DNA from: an uncultured Candidatus Saccharibacteria bacterium
Lineage (GTDB): Bacteria; Patescibacteriota; Minisyncoccia; Minisyncoccales; CAZUZH01
Assembly (NCBI GenBank): GCA_964624815.1
Contig: CAZUZH010000001.1
Location: 1,090 to 65,089, forward strand
Reading direction: 5' to 3'
DNA: 64,000 bases
Below, in pieces: positions 19,059 through 28,374 of this stretch. Positions within the stretch are counted from its first letter, which is position 1. Every line of letters starts with the position of its first letter. A program made the position numbers and the translations under genes. A model generated the notes under the pieces. That model saw only the letters and a list, made by a program, of their open reading frames with translations, was not told the origin of the DNA and did not search any database.

Positions 19059-19216
19059 TCTTAAGACTTAGAACAAAAAGCCGTCTCGTATCAGAGCCGG
19101 CTTTTTTAACACAATCGGATATCTCGAGAATTTTTAGACATAATTGGCAAACGACCGTTTGCCAATTATGTCTACTTTATTGTAATGATGTAACATTACC
19201 TTTGTGCGTTATATTA

Positions 19217-19564
19217 TTATTTTTTAACTGTTTCAACGATTTTTTTGAAAATTTCTGGATTGTTTTCAGCCAAATCAGCCAATATTTTGCGATCAAGCTC
19301 AATTTTTTTATCTTTTAAAGCTTTTATAAATTTGCTGTAAACAATACCATTAGCCCTAGCGCCAGCATTAATCTTTATATTCCAGAGAGCGCGGAAATCG
19401 CGCTTTTTTCTTCTTCTATCTCTGTAAGCATAAGACCAAGCATGAAACAGAGCCTCTTTTGCCGCTTTATATTTTGATTTTCTTCCCCACCTAAAACCCT
19501 TTGTGTATTTTAACACATTTTTTCTTCTTTTATGCGCAGTTTTTCCTCGTTTAACCCTGACCAC
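19217..19564 (-). CDS. rplT: 50S ribosomal protein L20
   Basis: VRVKRG...YAYRDRR.KKRDFRALW; GTG start at 19564 inferred. Confidence 0.95.
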   Translation of the reverse strand: MVRVKRGKTAHKRRKNVLKYTKGFRWGRKSKYKAAKEALFHAWSYAYRDRRRKKRDFRALWNIKINAGARANGIVYSKFIKALKDKKIELDRKILADLAENNPEIFKKIVETVKK

Positions 19565-19567
19565 AAT

Positions 19568-19700
19568 ATCGATGCTAATATACAATGGATACTAATGATA
19601 CGAATATATTGTTCCGAGTCAAAACAAGGTAAACCGATTCCATTAGTATAATTAGTATGAATTAGTATGAATTAGTATGAATTAGTATATTAGTATGGCA
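19568..19700. repeat. Intergenic module, copy 1 (ATTAGTATGA decamer array with foldback)
   Basis: Near-identical to 19893-19999. Confidence 0.9.
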
Positions 19701-19889
19701 TTAACTATGCGATAGCAGTCGTTTAATCTGTTTTGCTTGGGCTTTGGGCATTTCAACCCATTTGCGATTTTTTCTTCTGAATTCGCCGGATTTTTTTGCC
19801 CTATAATGATCCTGACCGCTTGGTCTGCGTAAAACTTTGCCTGCTTTAGTTATTTTAAACCTTTTTTTAATCGCTTTTCTGGTTTTCAT
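19701..19889 (-). CDS. rpmI: 50S ribosomal protein L35
   Basis: MKTRKA.KKRFKIT.GK; lies between infC and rplT. Confidence 0.93.
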   Translation of the reverse strand: MKTRKAIKKRFKITKAGKVLRRPSGQDHYRAKKSGEFRRKNRKWVEMPKAQAKQIKRLLSHS

Positions 19890-19892
19890 CTA

Positions 19893-19999
19893 ATCGATGC
19901 TAATATACGAATGGATACTAATGATACGAATATATTGTTCCGAGTCAAAACAAGGTAAACTGATTCCATTAGTATAATTAGTATGAATTAGTATCGCAT
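19893..19999. repeat. Intergenic module, copy 2
   Basis: Near-identical to 19568-19700 with fewer decamers. Confidence 0.9.
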
Positions 20000-20515
20000 T
20001 TATTTTTTGGTTACAATGACCGTTAATCTTTTTCCCATTTGTTTTAGTTCTCTTTCAACCTTGAAAGGAATGCGTTTTTCTAAACTTTCCAAAAACTTAT
20101 TTATTTTTTCTTTGGCAAAACCCTTCAGAGCGTTTTCCCTGCCTTTCAACCTCATCTCAATTTTTAACTTATCGCCCTTTTTCAGGAATTTCTCTGCCTG
20201 AATTGCCCTAGTTTCCATATCGTGCTCAGAAATATTAAAGCTTAATCTTATTCCTTTTATTTCTCCGGATTTGCCTATTTTTGCCTTAGATTCTTTTTCT
20301 TTCTTTTCTTGCTTGTAGAGATACTTGCCTCCGTCCATTATTTTACAAACCGGCGGGGCAACTTTTTCTGTTACTTGGACTAAATCTAAATTGCGCTCTT
20401 TTGCTATTTGGAGAGCCTCTCTTAAATCAATAACACCGAGCTGTTTTCCAGTTTCATCAATTACTCTTACTTTGAAAGCCCTTATTCTATTGTTGATTAA
20501 TGGTCGTCTGATGAT
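20000..20515 (-). CDS. infC: Translation initiation factor IF-3 with non-canonical ATC start
   Basis: Frame extends upstream of the track ORF through IIRRPLINNRIRAFKVRVIDETGKQLG...PPVCKIMD; an in-frame TAA lies 3 codons before ATC 20515. Confidence 0.9.
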   Translation of the reverse strand: MIRRPLINNRIRAFKVRVIDETGKQLGVIDLREALQIAKERNLDLVQVTEKVAPPVCKIMDGGKYLYKQEKKEKESKAKIGKSGEIKGIRLSFNISEHDMETRAIQAEKFLKKGDKLKIEMRLKGRENALKGFAKEKINKFLESLEKRIPFKVERELKQMGKRLTVIVTKK

Positions 20516-20535
20516 AGTTTTTTAATTTTACTATG

Positions 20536-20887
20536 TGGAGGTGAAGGGCTTTGAACCCTTATCCAAAAGGTTTACCAAAATACTTCTACAGAGTTAGTTT
20601 GTTTTATTTTTTTTCAGAATGCTATATAGAAAACAAACAAAAATTATAGTTTCCAAAGCCTTTTTGTTTCTAACAATTTCTCAAGGCATTGAAATTGTCT
20701 ATCCTAACGACATGACATCAGTACTACCCATTAGGAATCAGCAGTATTGACGCCTACTTAGGCGTAAGCGTAAGCAGGAGCTAAATTTTTAGCATTTGCA
20801 ATTATGTTTTCCTTAAAGTTTTACGAGATTTAAGGATACTCGCTCTGCATATTTTAGCTCAACCTTCTGTCGAGTCTATGCACCCCC
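20536..20887 (-). ncRNA. ssrA: tmRNA
   Basis: 5' GGGGGTG..CTCGAC, 3' GGTTCAAAGCCCTTCACCTCCA, tag ORF ANAKNLAPAYAYA*, directly downstream of smpB. Confidence 0.93.
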
Positions 20888-20956
20888 ATATTTATCTGTC
20901 TTCGGAAGGAGTTTTTAATTTTTAATAAATTTTCAATTTTATAATCTTCAAATAAT

Positions 20957-21409
20957 TTATGATCCCTCTCTTAGCGCTCTGTTGATTTGCCTTTCTACCT
21001 CTCTTTTTTTAATTATTTCTCGTTTGTCAGCCTTTTTCTTTCCTTTGGCTAAACCAAACCCCAACTTTATTTTACCTTTCTTAGCATACACCCGGAGGGG
21101 CACCAAAGTCAAGCCCTTTTGTCTTGTTTTGCCCATCAAAGAATTGATTTCTTTTTTGTGAAGAAGGAGTTTTCTGCTCTGGGTTGGATTATAATCAGGC
21201 GGCGTATTTTTCGGCTGATAGGGCGGAATATTAGCATTAGTCAAAAAAGCCTCTTCGTTTTTTATGGTCACAAAAGCTCCTTGCAGAGAAACCCTACCTG
21301 TTTTAATTGATTTAACCTCGTATCCTTTCAATACTAAACCGGCCTCAAAGGTTTCAAGGATTTCATAGTCGTATTTTGCCTTTCTGTTAAAAGCTAAGAC
21401 TGCCATCAC
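20957..21409 (-). CDS. smpB: SsrA-binding protein
   Basis: NRKAKYDY.I.E.FEAGL.L.G.EVKSI, RKLLLHK, GKKKADKR. Confidence 0.97.
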   Translation of the reverse strand: MMAVLAFNRKAKYDYEILETFEAGLVLKGYEVKSIKTGRVSLQGAFVTIKNEEAFLTNANIPPYQPKNTPPDYNPTQSRKLLLHKKEINSLMGKTRQKGLTLVPLRVYAKKGKIKLGFGLAKGKKKADKREIIKKREVERQINRALREGS

Positions 21410-21622
21410 TTTTAATTTAACACTTAAATTTCATTTGAGCAATAAAAAACTCTGTCGTACGTTTTGTATATGATGAGGGAAAAGAAATTGTAATTTTCTT
21501 GCCGATGCATCGTCTGGCCTCGCCTTTGGCGAAGTCAAAGGCTTGCGGGCAATTTTTGTCAGATTGTAGTATAAAAATTGTAAAAAGTTGAATTCAGAAA
21601 AAAATTAAACTATACTAAAAGA

Positions 21623-23203
21623 ATGATAAAAAATCAGATTAAAAAAATAATTAAAAAGGCAGTTATAGAGAAATTTGGAAAGATAAAAATTCCTGAAATT
21701 AAAATTGAGAAGCCGGAGAATAAGAAGTTTGGAGATTATTCTTCAAATATTGCTTTACAATTGTCAAAGGTTTTAAAAAAGAAACCGATTGAAATTGCGA
21801 AACGATTAAATCTTATGTTCCAGATTAAAGATTCCAGATTATTTGACGAAGTCAAAATAGCCAACCCTGGCTTTCTTAACTTTTATTTGAATAAAGAATA
21901 TTTACAAAATCAGATTCTAGAGATTTTGAAGAAATGCGAGAAATTTGGTGATTTGGATATTGGAAAAAATAAGAAACTACAAGTTGAATTTATCTCTGCT
22001 AATCCAACAGGTCCCTTAACAGTAGGTAATGCAAGGGGGGGTCCTTTTGGCGATGTTTTAGCCAATGTTTTGAAAAAAGCTGGGTATAAAGTTGAAAAAG
22101 CTTATTACATCAATGATTATGGAAATCAGATTTTGGCTTTGGGTCATTCAGTTTTGAAAGACAAATCCGCAAAGTATAAGGGAAAATATATTGATGATTT
22201 GAGAAAGAAAATAAAAGACAAAAATCCTCAAAAAGTTGGACAAAAAGCAGCCAAAATTATTATCAAAGAAATAATAAAGAAGACGACTAAAAAGATGGGA
22301 ATTAGACTTGATGAATGGTTTTTGGAAAGCAGGCTTTATAATTCAGGTGAGGTTGATAGGGTTTTGAAACTTTTGAAAAAGAAAAAGTTGATTTATAAGA
22401 AAGACGGAGCAGAATTTTTCAAATCGTTAAAGTTCGGGGATCAACGAGACAGGGTGCTTGTAAAAAAAGACGGAACCAAAACTTATTTAGCCGGTGATAT
22501 TGCTTATCATAAATATAAATTTGAAAACAAAAAATTTGATAAAGTGATAAATGTCTGGGGAGCTGACCATAGCGGTGATGTTCCGGGGTTGCAAGCCGGA
22601 GTTAGTGCTTTAGGACACAAAGGAAAATTAGATATTATTCTTTTGCAGTTTGTTACTCTTTTGCATGGAAAGAAAATGTCAAAAAGAAAAGGGATTTATG
22701 TTACTATGGACGAACTGCTTGATGAAGTTGGAAAGGATGTAACCAGATTCTTTTTCTTACAAAAATCAGCTGATAACCATTTAACTTTTGATATGGCATT
22801 AGCCAAGGAACAATCAAAGAAAAACCCGGTTTATTACATACAATACGCCTACACAAGAATACATAGTATCCTGAACAAAGCCCCAAATCCCAATGCCCAA
22901 TACCTAATTAAATCCAAAATCCCAATGACCAAATTGGAGGCTCCCTCGGAATTAGCACTTATTAAGCAACTTATTCGCCTGCCGGAGGTTGTTGAAGATA
23001 CTGCTAAAGATTATCAAATTCAGCGCTTGCCGAATTATGCCATGGAATTAGTAGCAGCTTTTCATAAGTTTTATGAAGAGTGCAGGGTAATTAGTAATGA
23101 CAAAGAAAAAACTCAAGCCCGACTTAATTTAGTAATGGCAACAAAAATCGTTTTAAAAAACATTTTATATTTAATGGGTATCTCGGCCCCGGAAAAAATG
23201 TAA
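21623..23203 (+). CDS. argS: Arginine--tRNA ligase
   Basis: FGDYSSN, EFISANPTGPL, WGADH, KMSKR, YIQYA motifs. Confidence 0.96.
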   Translation: MIKNQIKKIIKKAVIEKFGKIKIPEIKIEKPENKKFGDYSSNIALQLSKVLKKKPIEIAKRLNLMFQIKDSRLFDEVKIANPGFLNFYLNKEYLQNQILEILKKCEKFGDLDIGKNKKLQVEFISANPTGPLTVGNARGGPFGDVLANVLKKAGYKVEKAYYINDYGNQILALGHSVLKDKSAKYKGKYIDDLRKKIKDKNPQKVGQKAAKIIIKEIIKKTTKKMGIRLDEWFLESRLYNSGEVDRVLKLLKKKKLIYKKDGAEFFKSLKFGDQRDRVLVKKDGTKTYLAGDIAYHKYKFENKKFDKVINVWGADHSGDVPGLQAGVSALGHKGKLDIILLQFVTLLHGKKMSKRKGIYVTMDELLDEVGKDVTRFFFLQKSADNHLTFDMALAKEQSKKNPVYYIQYAYTRIHSILNKAPNPNAQYLIKSKIPMTKLEAPSELALIKQLIRLPEVVEDTAKDYQIQRLPNYAMELVAAFHKFYEECRVISNDKEKTQARLNLVMATKIVLKNILYLMGISAPEKM

Positions 23204-23204
23204 C

Positions 23205-23828
23205 ATGAATAATAATTATTTTCTTTTGCGGCACGGGGAAGCTTTATCCAATCAAAAAATGATAAGTTCTTGCTGGCCGGAAAAATTTATTAATCCTTTA
23301 ACTAAAAAAGGGAAACAAGAAGCAAGAGAAGCGGGTTTGAAATTAAAAGATAAGAAAGTTGACCCTGTTAGAGATTACGGGAACAAAAATAAAACGCGTA
23401 GAGGGCAAATCTCTAACGGGGTTGATTTAATTTTCACCTCCGATCTTTTAAGGACAAAACAGACGGCCGAGATTGTCGGAAAAGAAATAGGCATTAAGCC
23501 AAAACCGGACAAAAGATTAAGAGAATATAATACTGGAATTTTTAACGGAGGGTCATTACATAAGTTTAGAGAAGTTTTTAAGAAAGAACAAGAAAGATGG
23601 AAAAAGAAACCTGTTAAGGGAGAAACTTATACTGATATAACTAAAAGAATGTATGATTTTTTTCAGGATATTGATAAAAAATATTCCAACAAAAACATCC
23701 TTATAATCAGCCATCAGCTTCCCCTTATACTGTTGGAAGGAAAGGTTAAAGGTTATTCCCAAAAGGGAATTTTAGAAAAATTTCCCAAAGGAAAAAGAAT
23801 CCAAACCGGCGAAGTTAAGCAATTATAA
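23205..23828 (+). CDS. Histidine phosphatase family protein
   Basis: LRHGE, SDLLRTKQT, LRE, GE, ISH motifs. Confidence 0.92.
   Translation: MNNNYFLLRHGEALSNQKMISSCWPEKFINPLTKKGKQEAREAGLKLKDKKVDPVRDYGNKNKTRRGQISNGVDLIFTSDLLRTKQTAEIVGKEIGIKPKPDKRLREYNTGIFNGGSLHKFREVFKKEQERWKKKPVKGETYTDITKRMYDFFQDIDKKYSNKNILIISHQLPLILLEGKVKGYSQKGILEKFPKGKRIQTGEVKQL
23363..23421. mobile_element. In-frame mini-element (59 bp plus TTGA target duplication)
   Basis: CCCTGTTAGAGATT...AATCTCTAACGGGG flanked by TTGA on both sides. Confidence 0.85.
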
Positions 23829-23858
23829 ATATAAAGTGAGTTGTACTTGAAATCCACC

Positions 23859-23906
23859 CACAAAAAAGCCCTGTGGCAATAAAGATTGCGCAGGGCTTTT
23901 TTGTGG
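23859..23906. terminator. Bidirectional intrinsic terminator-like hairpin
   Basis: CACAAAAAAGCCCTG...CAGGGCTTTTTTGTG. Confidence 0.7.
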
Positions 23907-23950
23907 CAAAATGAAACGCAGAAAGGTGACGTTTCATTATTTTTGATGTT

Positions 23951-24030
23951 TTAGTTAATTCTATGTTTTTTAGTTAATTCTATTTAGTTAATTCTATGTT
24001 TTTTAGTTAATTCTATTTAGTTAATTCTAT
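23951..24030. repeat. Five copies of TTAGTTAATTCTAT with a 33-bp higher-order period
   Basis: Units at 23951, 23970, 23984, 24003 and 24017. Confidence 0.9.
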
Positions 24031-24041
24031 GTTGATCACGT

Positions 24042-24192
24042 CCTGTACAGCGGTTGGACATTTTTAGCAAACGATCGTTTGCTAAAAATGTCCAATATTG
24101 GTTTCTTTAAAAAATGAGTTAAGCTCCTTTTTCTGTATCTGCGGGAAAATTAAATTGAATTATTAGGATTAATCTGATAAGATAAAAATATG
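24042..24192 (+). repeat. Second copy of the upstream module at 5573-5731; contains a perfect 42-bp palindrome (24054-24095)
   Basis: TTGGACATTTTTAGCAAACGATCGTTTGCTAAAAATGTCCAA. Confidence 0.85.
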
Positions 24193-27100
24193 ATAGATTT
24201 TCCAAAAACTGAAGAAAAAATATTAAAATTCTGGAAAGAAAAGAAGATTTTTGAAAAAAGCCTTAAAAAGACAAAAAAAGGCAAACGGTTTGTTTTTTTT
24301 GAAGGACCGCCTTTTGCTAATGGGTTGCCCGGAATTCATCATCTTTTGTCCCGGGCCTTCAAAGATGTAATTCTCCGTTATAAGACAATGCAGGGCTTTT
24401 CTGTTGAAAGAAAGGCTGGTTGGGATACGCATGGTTTGCCAACGGAAATGGAGGCGGAAAAAAAACTGGGAATTAAATCTAAAAAAGACATAGAGAAAAT
24501 CGGGATTAAGAAATTTATTGAAACATGCCAAAATAGTGTTTTCACTTACAAAAAAGAATGGGAAGAATTTACAGAACGAATTGGTTTTTGGCTTGACTTA
24601 AAAAATGCTTATATCACCTGTAGTAATGGTTATATTGAGAGTTTATGGTGGATTTTAAAAAAGGTTTGGCAAAAAGGACTTTTATACCAAGATTATAAGG
24701 TTGTTCCTTATTGTCCGAGATGCGGAACCTCGCTTTCTTCCCATGAGGTCGCCCAGGGATATAAGAAAATAACTGAAGAATCAATCACGGTTAAATTTGA
24801 ATTAGCTGATGAACCGGGAATATATATTTTGGTTTGGACCACCACGCCTTGGACATTGCCCGGTAATGTTGCCTTAGCAGTCAATCCTGCTATAGTTTAT
24901 GTTAAATTTTCTTTAAAGAATTATCCTGGAATTTCTGATGGGATTTATATAACTTCAAAAAAGGACTTTGATAATTATAAAAAGGAGATAGAAAAAGCTA
25001 AATCTAAAAAGGGAGCCGGAGTAGAAATTTTAGAGCAGACTAAAGGAAAAGATTTAATCGGAAAGAAATACAAACCCCTTTATCCTAATAGAGCGCCTTA
25101 TAAAATAATTGGAGCTGATTTTGTTTCAAATAAAGAGGGCACTGGAGTTGTTCATATTGCTCCGGCTTTTGGCGAAGACGATATGAAAGCTGGTAAAGAA
25201 AATAATTTACCAGTTCTTACTACGGTAGATGAACAGGGCAGAATGTTAACAAAAGATTATCCCTGGAATGGAAAATTTATAAAAGAAGCTGATCCGCTTA
25301 TTACTCAAGATTTAAAAAATAGAGATTTAATTTTTCATACCGAGGACTATGAACACGACTATCCCTTTTGCTGGCGCTGCGACAGCCCATTGTTGTATTA
25401 CGCTAAAACCTCTTGGTTTATTAAAATGTCAAGTTTGAGAAAAAAACTGCTTGAGAACAATAAAAAAATTAATTGGATACCAAATTATCTAAAAGCGGGC
25501 CGTTTTGGCGAATGGTTAAGAGAAATTAAAGACTGGAATTTGTCCCGAGAAAGATTTTGGGGAACGCCTTTGCCGATTTGGAAATGCCAAATCGGCAAAA
25601 GTCAAAAGTCAAAAGTCAAAAGTCAAAAGTATTGCGACAATATTAAAGTTATTGAGTCAATCAAAGAATTAGAAAAATTAAGCGGGAAGAAAATTAAAGA
25701 TTTACATCGGCCATATATTGATGAAATAACTTTCAAGTGTGAAAAGTGTGGAGGGCAGATGAAGCGAATTCCCGAAGTGGCTGACTGCTGGTTTGATTCT
25801 GGTTCAATGCCTTATGCTCAATGGCATTATCCTTTTGACCCCGATATTATATCCTCGCAGAGCTCGGATAACTACGTGGCAAGAAACAAAGAATTATCAA
25901 TTCCGTTGCCAAAGAATTTTCCAGCTGATTTTATATGCGAGGGCATTGACCAGACCAGAGGCTGGTTTTATACTTTGTTGGCCGTTTCTACTCTTTTAGA
26001 ACTAGAACCAGCCTATAAAAATGTTATTTCTCACGGAATTGTTTTAGACGCAAAGGCGCAGAAAATGTCAAAATCAAAAGGTAATATTGTTTTGCCCAAA
26101 GATGTTATTGATAAATGGGGCGCTGACTGCGCGCGATTCTATTTTTACACAATAAATTCAGTAGGAGAACCTAAGAGGTTTGACATTAAAGATGTTCAAG
26201 AGATTTCGCGGCGATTTTTCGGAACCTTGTGGAACTGCTGGATATTTTTTTCTACTTATACCCCGTTAGAGATTAATGGATTTCAGCAAAAGCGCAGAGA
26301 AAACAAACCTCTAACGGGGTATAGTGATAAAAGTTTTAAACCTAAAAAAGGTTTTGAATCTAAGAGTTTGCTTGATTGCTGGATTATTTCTCGTTTCCAT
26401 AATCTTTGTAAGCAAGTGATAGAGGATTTAGATAGATATTATGTGGTAGAAGCAGCCAGGCTTTTTGAAGACTTTGTTGATGATTTGTCTAATTGGTATA
26501 TTCGGCGATCTCGCCGGAGATTTCAAAAATCTGAAAACAACAAAGAAAAAGAAGGAGCGTGTCAAACCCTTTATTATGTTTTGTTAAATCTAAGTAAACT
26601 AATAGCTCCATTTACTCCATTTATTAGCGAGGAAATTTATCAAGGATTAAAGACTAAAGATTCAGTTCACCTTTGCGATTACCCCAAGCCAAATAAAAAA
26701 TTAATTAATAAAGAACTGGAAGAACGAATGAAGCAGGTTCGGGAGATAGTAACCATAGGTTTAGCTCATCGGTCCGAAGCCGGAATAAAGGTAAGGCAAC
26801 CCCTTTCTATGCTCAAAATCCCAATGGCTAAATCCCAAATTCCAAATGAAATGTTGGAATTAATAAAAGAAGAAGTAAATGTTAAGAAAATAATTGGGGG
26901 CAAGAAAATAGAATTAAATACTAAAATCACACCTAAATTAAAGGAAGAAGGAATAATTAGAGAGGTTATCCGGAATATTCAAACAATGCGGAAAAGGGCT
27001 GGATATATTCCAAAAGACAGGATTTTAGTTCAGGTTTCTTGCAACCCTGATTTAGAGAAAATTATAAAGAAAAATAAAAATTTAATTCTGAAAGAAACCC

Positions 27101-27210
27101 GGGCGGATAAATTTGAATTTGGTAAAAAATCAAAACAAAAACCTGCTATTGAACAGGAATTTAAAATTGACCAGCAAAAACTTTGGATAGCGATTAAAAA
27201 GATTAAGTAA
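24190..27210 (+). CDS. ileS: Isoleucine--tRNA ligase (type 2)
   Basis: EGPPFANG, GWDTHGLP, WTTTPWTLP, EGIDQTRGWF, KMSKS. Confidence 0.97.
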   Translation: MIDFPKTEEKILKFWKEKKIFEKSLKKTKKGKRFVFFEGPPFANGLPGIHHLLSRAFKDVILRYKTMQGFSVERKAGWDTHGLPTEMEAEKKLGIKSKKDIEKIGIKKFIETCQNSVFTYKKEWEEFTERIGFWLDLKNAYITCSNGYIESLWWILKKVWQKGLLYQDYKVVPYCPRCGTSLSSHEVAQGYKKITEESITVKFELADEPGIYILVWTTTPWTLPGNVALAVNPAIVYVKFSLKNYPGISDGIYITSKKDFDNYKKEIEKAKSKKGAGVEILEQTKGKDLIGKKYKPLYPNRAPYKIIGADFVSNKEGTGVVHIAPAFGEDDMKAGKENNLPVLTTVDEQGRMLTKDYPWNGKFIKEADPLITQDLKNRDLIFHTEDYEHDYPFCWRCDSPLLYYAKTSWFIKMSSLRKKLLENNKKINWIPNYLKAGRFGEWLREIKDWNLSRERFWGTPLPIWKCQIGKSQKSKVKSQKYCDNIKVIESIKELEKLSGKKIKDLHRPYIDEITFKCEKCGGQMKRIPEVADCWFDSGSMPYAQWHYPFDPDIISSQSSDNYVARNKELSIPLPKNFPADFICEGIDQTRGWFYTLLAVSTLLELEPAYKNVISHGIVLDAKAQKMSKSKGNIVLPKDVIDKWGADCARFYFYTINSVGEPKRFDIKDVQEISRRFFGTLWNCWIFFSTYTPLEINGFQQKRRENKPLTGYSDKSFKPKKGFESKSLLDCWIISRFHNLCKQVIEDLDRYYVVEAARLFEDFVDDLSNWYIRRSRRRFQKSENNKEKEGACQTLYYVLLNLSKLIAPFTPFISEEIYQGLKTKDSVHLCDYPKPNKKLINKELEERMKQVREIVTIGLAHRSEAGIKVRQPLSMLKIPMAKSQIPNEMLELIKEEVNVKKIIGGKKIELNTKITPKLKEEGIIREVIRNIQTMRKRAGYIPKDRILVQVSCNPDLEKIIKKNKNLILKETRADKFEFGKKSKQKPAIEQEFKIDQQKLWIAIKKIK
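26261..26319. mobile_element. In-frame mini-element in ileS (59 bp plus TATA duplication)
   Basis: CCCCGTTAGAG...CTCTAACGGGG flanked by TATA on both sides. Confidence 0.85.
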
Positions 27211-27215
27211 TAACT

Positions 27216-27563
27216 ATGGAAATTAAAATAATAAAAGAAAAAATAACAAAGGAGGAATTAAAAGAAATTGCCCAACAGGGTTTTGGAGATCTGATTAAAA
27301 TAGTGGTTGATATTGAAAAAGAAATCATGGCAGTAGGGGGAGAACTTCACTCTGACGAACAGGAATTGCTTATAGAAAAAGAGAATTGCCAGAGCGAGAA
27401 TCTTTGGGGAATAAATATGCGTTTTACAAAACCAAAAAAAGAATGGCTGGAGTTTAATTCTTTTATCAACATTAAGCCCTTAAACAATAATCGTTCAATG
27501 GAAATTCAAAATCCAGAGATTAAAAATAAAATAAGGCAAATTATTAATAAGCTTCTCCAATGA
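27216..27563 (+). CDS. DUF5674-like protein
   Basis: KIVVDIEK.I.A.GGELH.D.E..L, LWGIN, EFNSFINI.P..NNRSM; family recognised from memory. Confidence 0.75.
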   Translation: MEIKIIKEKITKEELKEIAQQGFGDLIKIVVDIEKEIMAVGGELHSDEQELLIEKENCQSENLWGINMRFTKPKKEWLEFNSFINIKPLNNNRSMEIQNPEIKNKIRQIINKLLQ

Positions 27564-27886
27564 GTCCAATCCATAAAAATTTAGCAAATGGGAGATGGCA
27601 GAAAATGTCTTTCACTGAACAAATGGGTAATATCGGCAGTGAGGTCAATCGCGTTATTAATTGCTATAATGAAGGCGATAAAAAAGATATGAAAAAGGCA
27701 TGTTGGAGGGCTTTAGAGTTGATTGATTTAACAATTGATGATAAAAGATGGAGAGGTCGGCTTTTAGAGATATTACGTCTGCGCGAAGTTTTCTGCGATT
27801 TATTTTTGGGAGATAATTCTTACAATACTTTGCCAAAGTTTTTCAAAGATTACTTTTTACACCTTGCCTTACAAGCAAAGAAATAA
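27560..27886 (+). CDS. Helical hypothetical protein, translationally coupled to the DUF5674-like gene
   Basis: ATGA overlap; EQMGNIGSEV.R, RALELIDLT, EILRLRE. Confidence 0.75.
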   Translation: MSPIHKNLANGRWQKMSFTEQMGNIGSEVNRVINCYNEGDKKDMKKACWRALELIDLTIDDKRWRGRLLEILRLREVFCDLFLGDNSYNTLPKFFKDYFLHLALQAKK

Positions 27887-27887
27887 T

Positions 27888-28178
27888 ATGGGCATTTTTG
27901 ATGAAAAAAAACAAATATCTAGAATAAGTTTTAGGGAGAAACTAAAAGGAGTTTCGGGTCAAATTCCTGGTTCTCCGGGAAGAAGATATTCTATGAAAGA
28001 GAGAGTAAAGATAGAGAAAGAGCTTTTCGGGCCCAAATTCGGAGGACATATTTCTGAAAAAGAATTTAAGTATGGACTTAAAAAGCTGAGTCGAGAAAGA
28101 TTAAAGTGTAAGACTCTTGAAGAAAAGAGGAGCGTTGAAAGAAAGATTAGATATTTGAAGAAAATCGGAGGAATATGA
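27888..28178 (+). CDS. Basic hypothetical protein
   Basis: ATG immediately after the previous stop; Lys/Arg-rich. Confidence 0.6.
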   Translation: MGIFDEKKQISRISFREKLKGVSGQIPGSPGRRYSMKERVKIEKELFGPKFGGHISEKEFKYGLKKLSRERLKCKTLEEKRSVERKIRYLKKIGGI

Positions 28179-28374
28179 TTTTGCTTTGCAAAATAAATTC
28201 GAAATTCGAATGTAGAAATTCGAAACCCCGACACTACAAATCCTTCGGATTTGAGTACGGGGCAGGCAAATTCAAGACTTAGATATTGCTTGCCCCGTAG
28301 TTAACGAGCGATAGCGAATTATGCTACGGGGTTTAGCGCTTCGCGCTTCGGATTTCCGTTGCGGAGCAACGGCT

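Noticed and set aside
20325-20525. 66-aa + strand ORF, or an apparent infC truncation/frameshift
   Set aside because: It is antisense to the IF3 N-terminal domain, which is continuous in frame from ATC 20515
23951-24030. Possible CRISPR array or oriC DnaA boxes
   Set aside because: No unique spacers, and the units do not match TTATCCACA
28321-28374. RecO N-terminal extension
   Set aside because: It is translated repeat sequence; RecO-like sequence starts at GTG 28375
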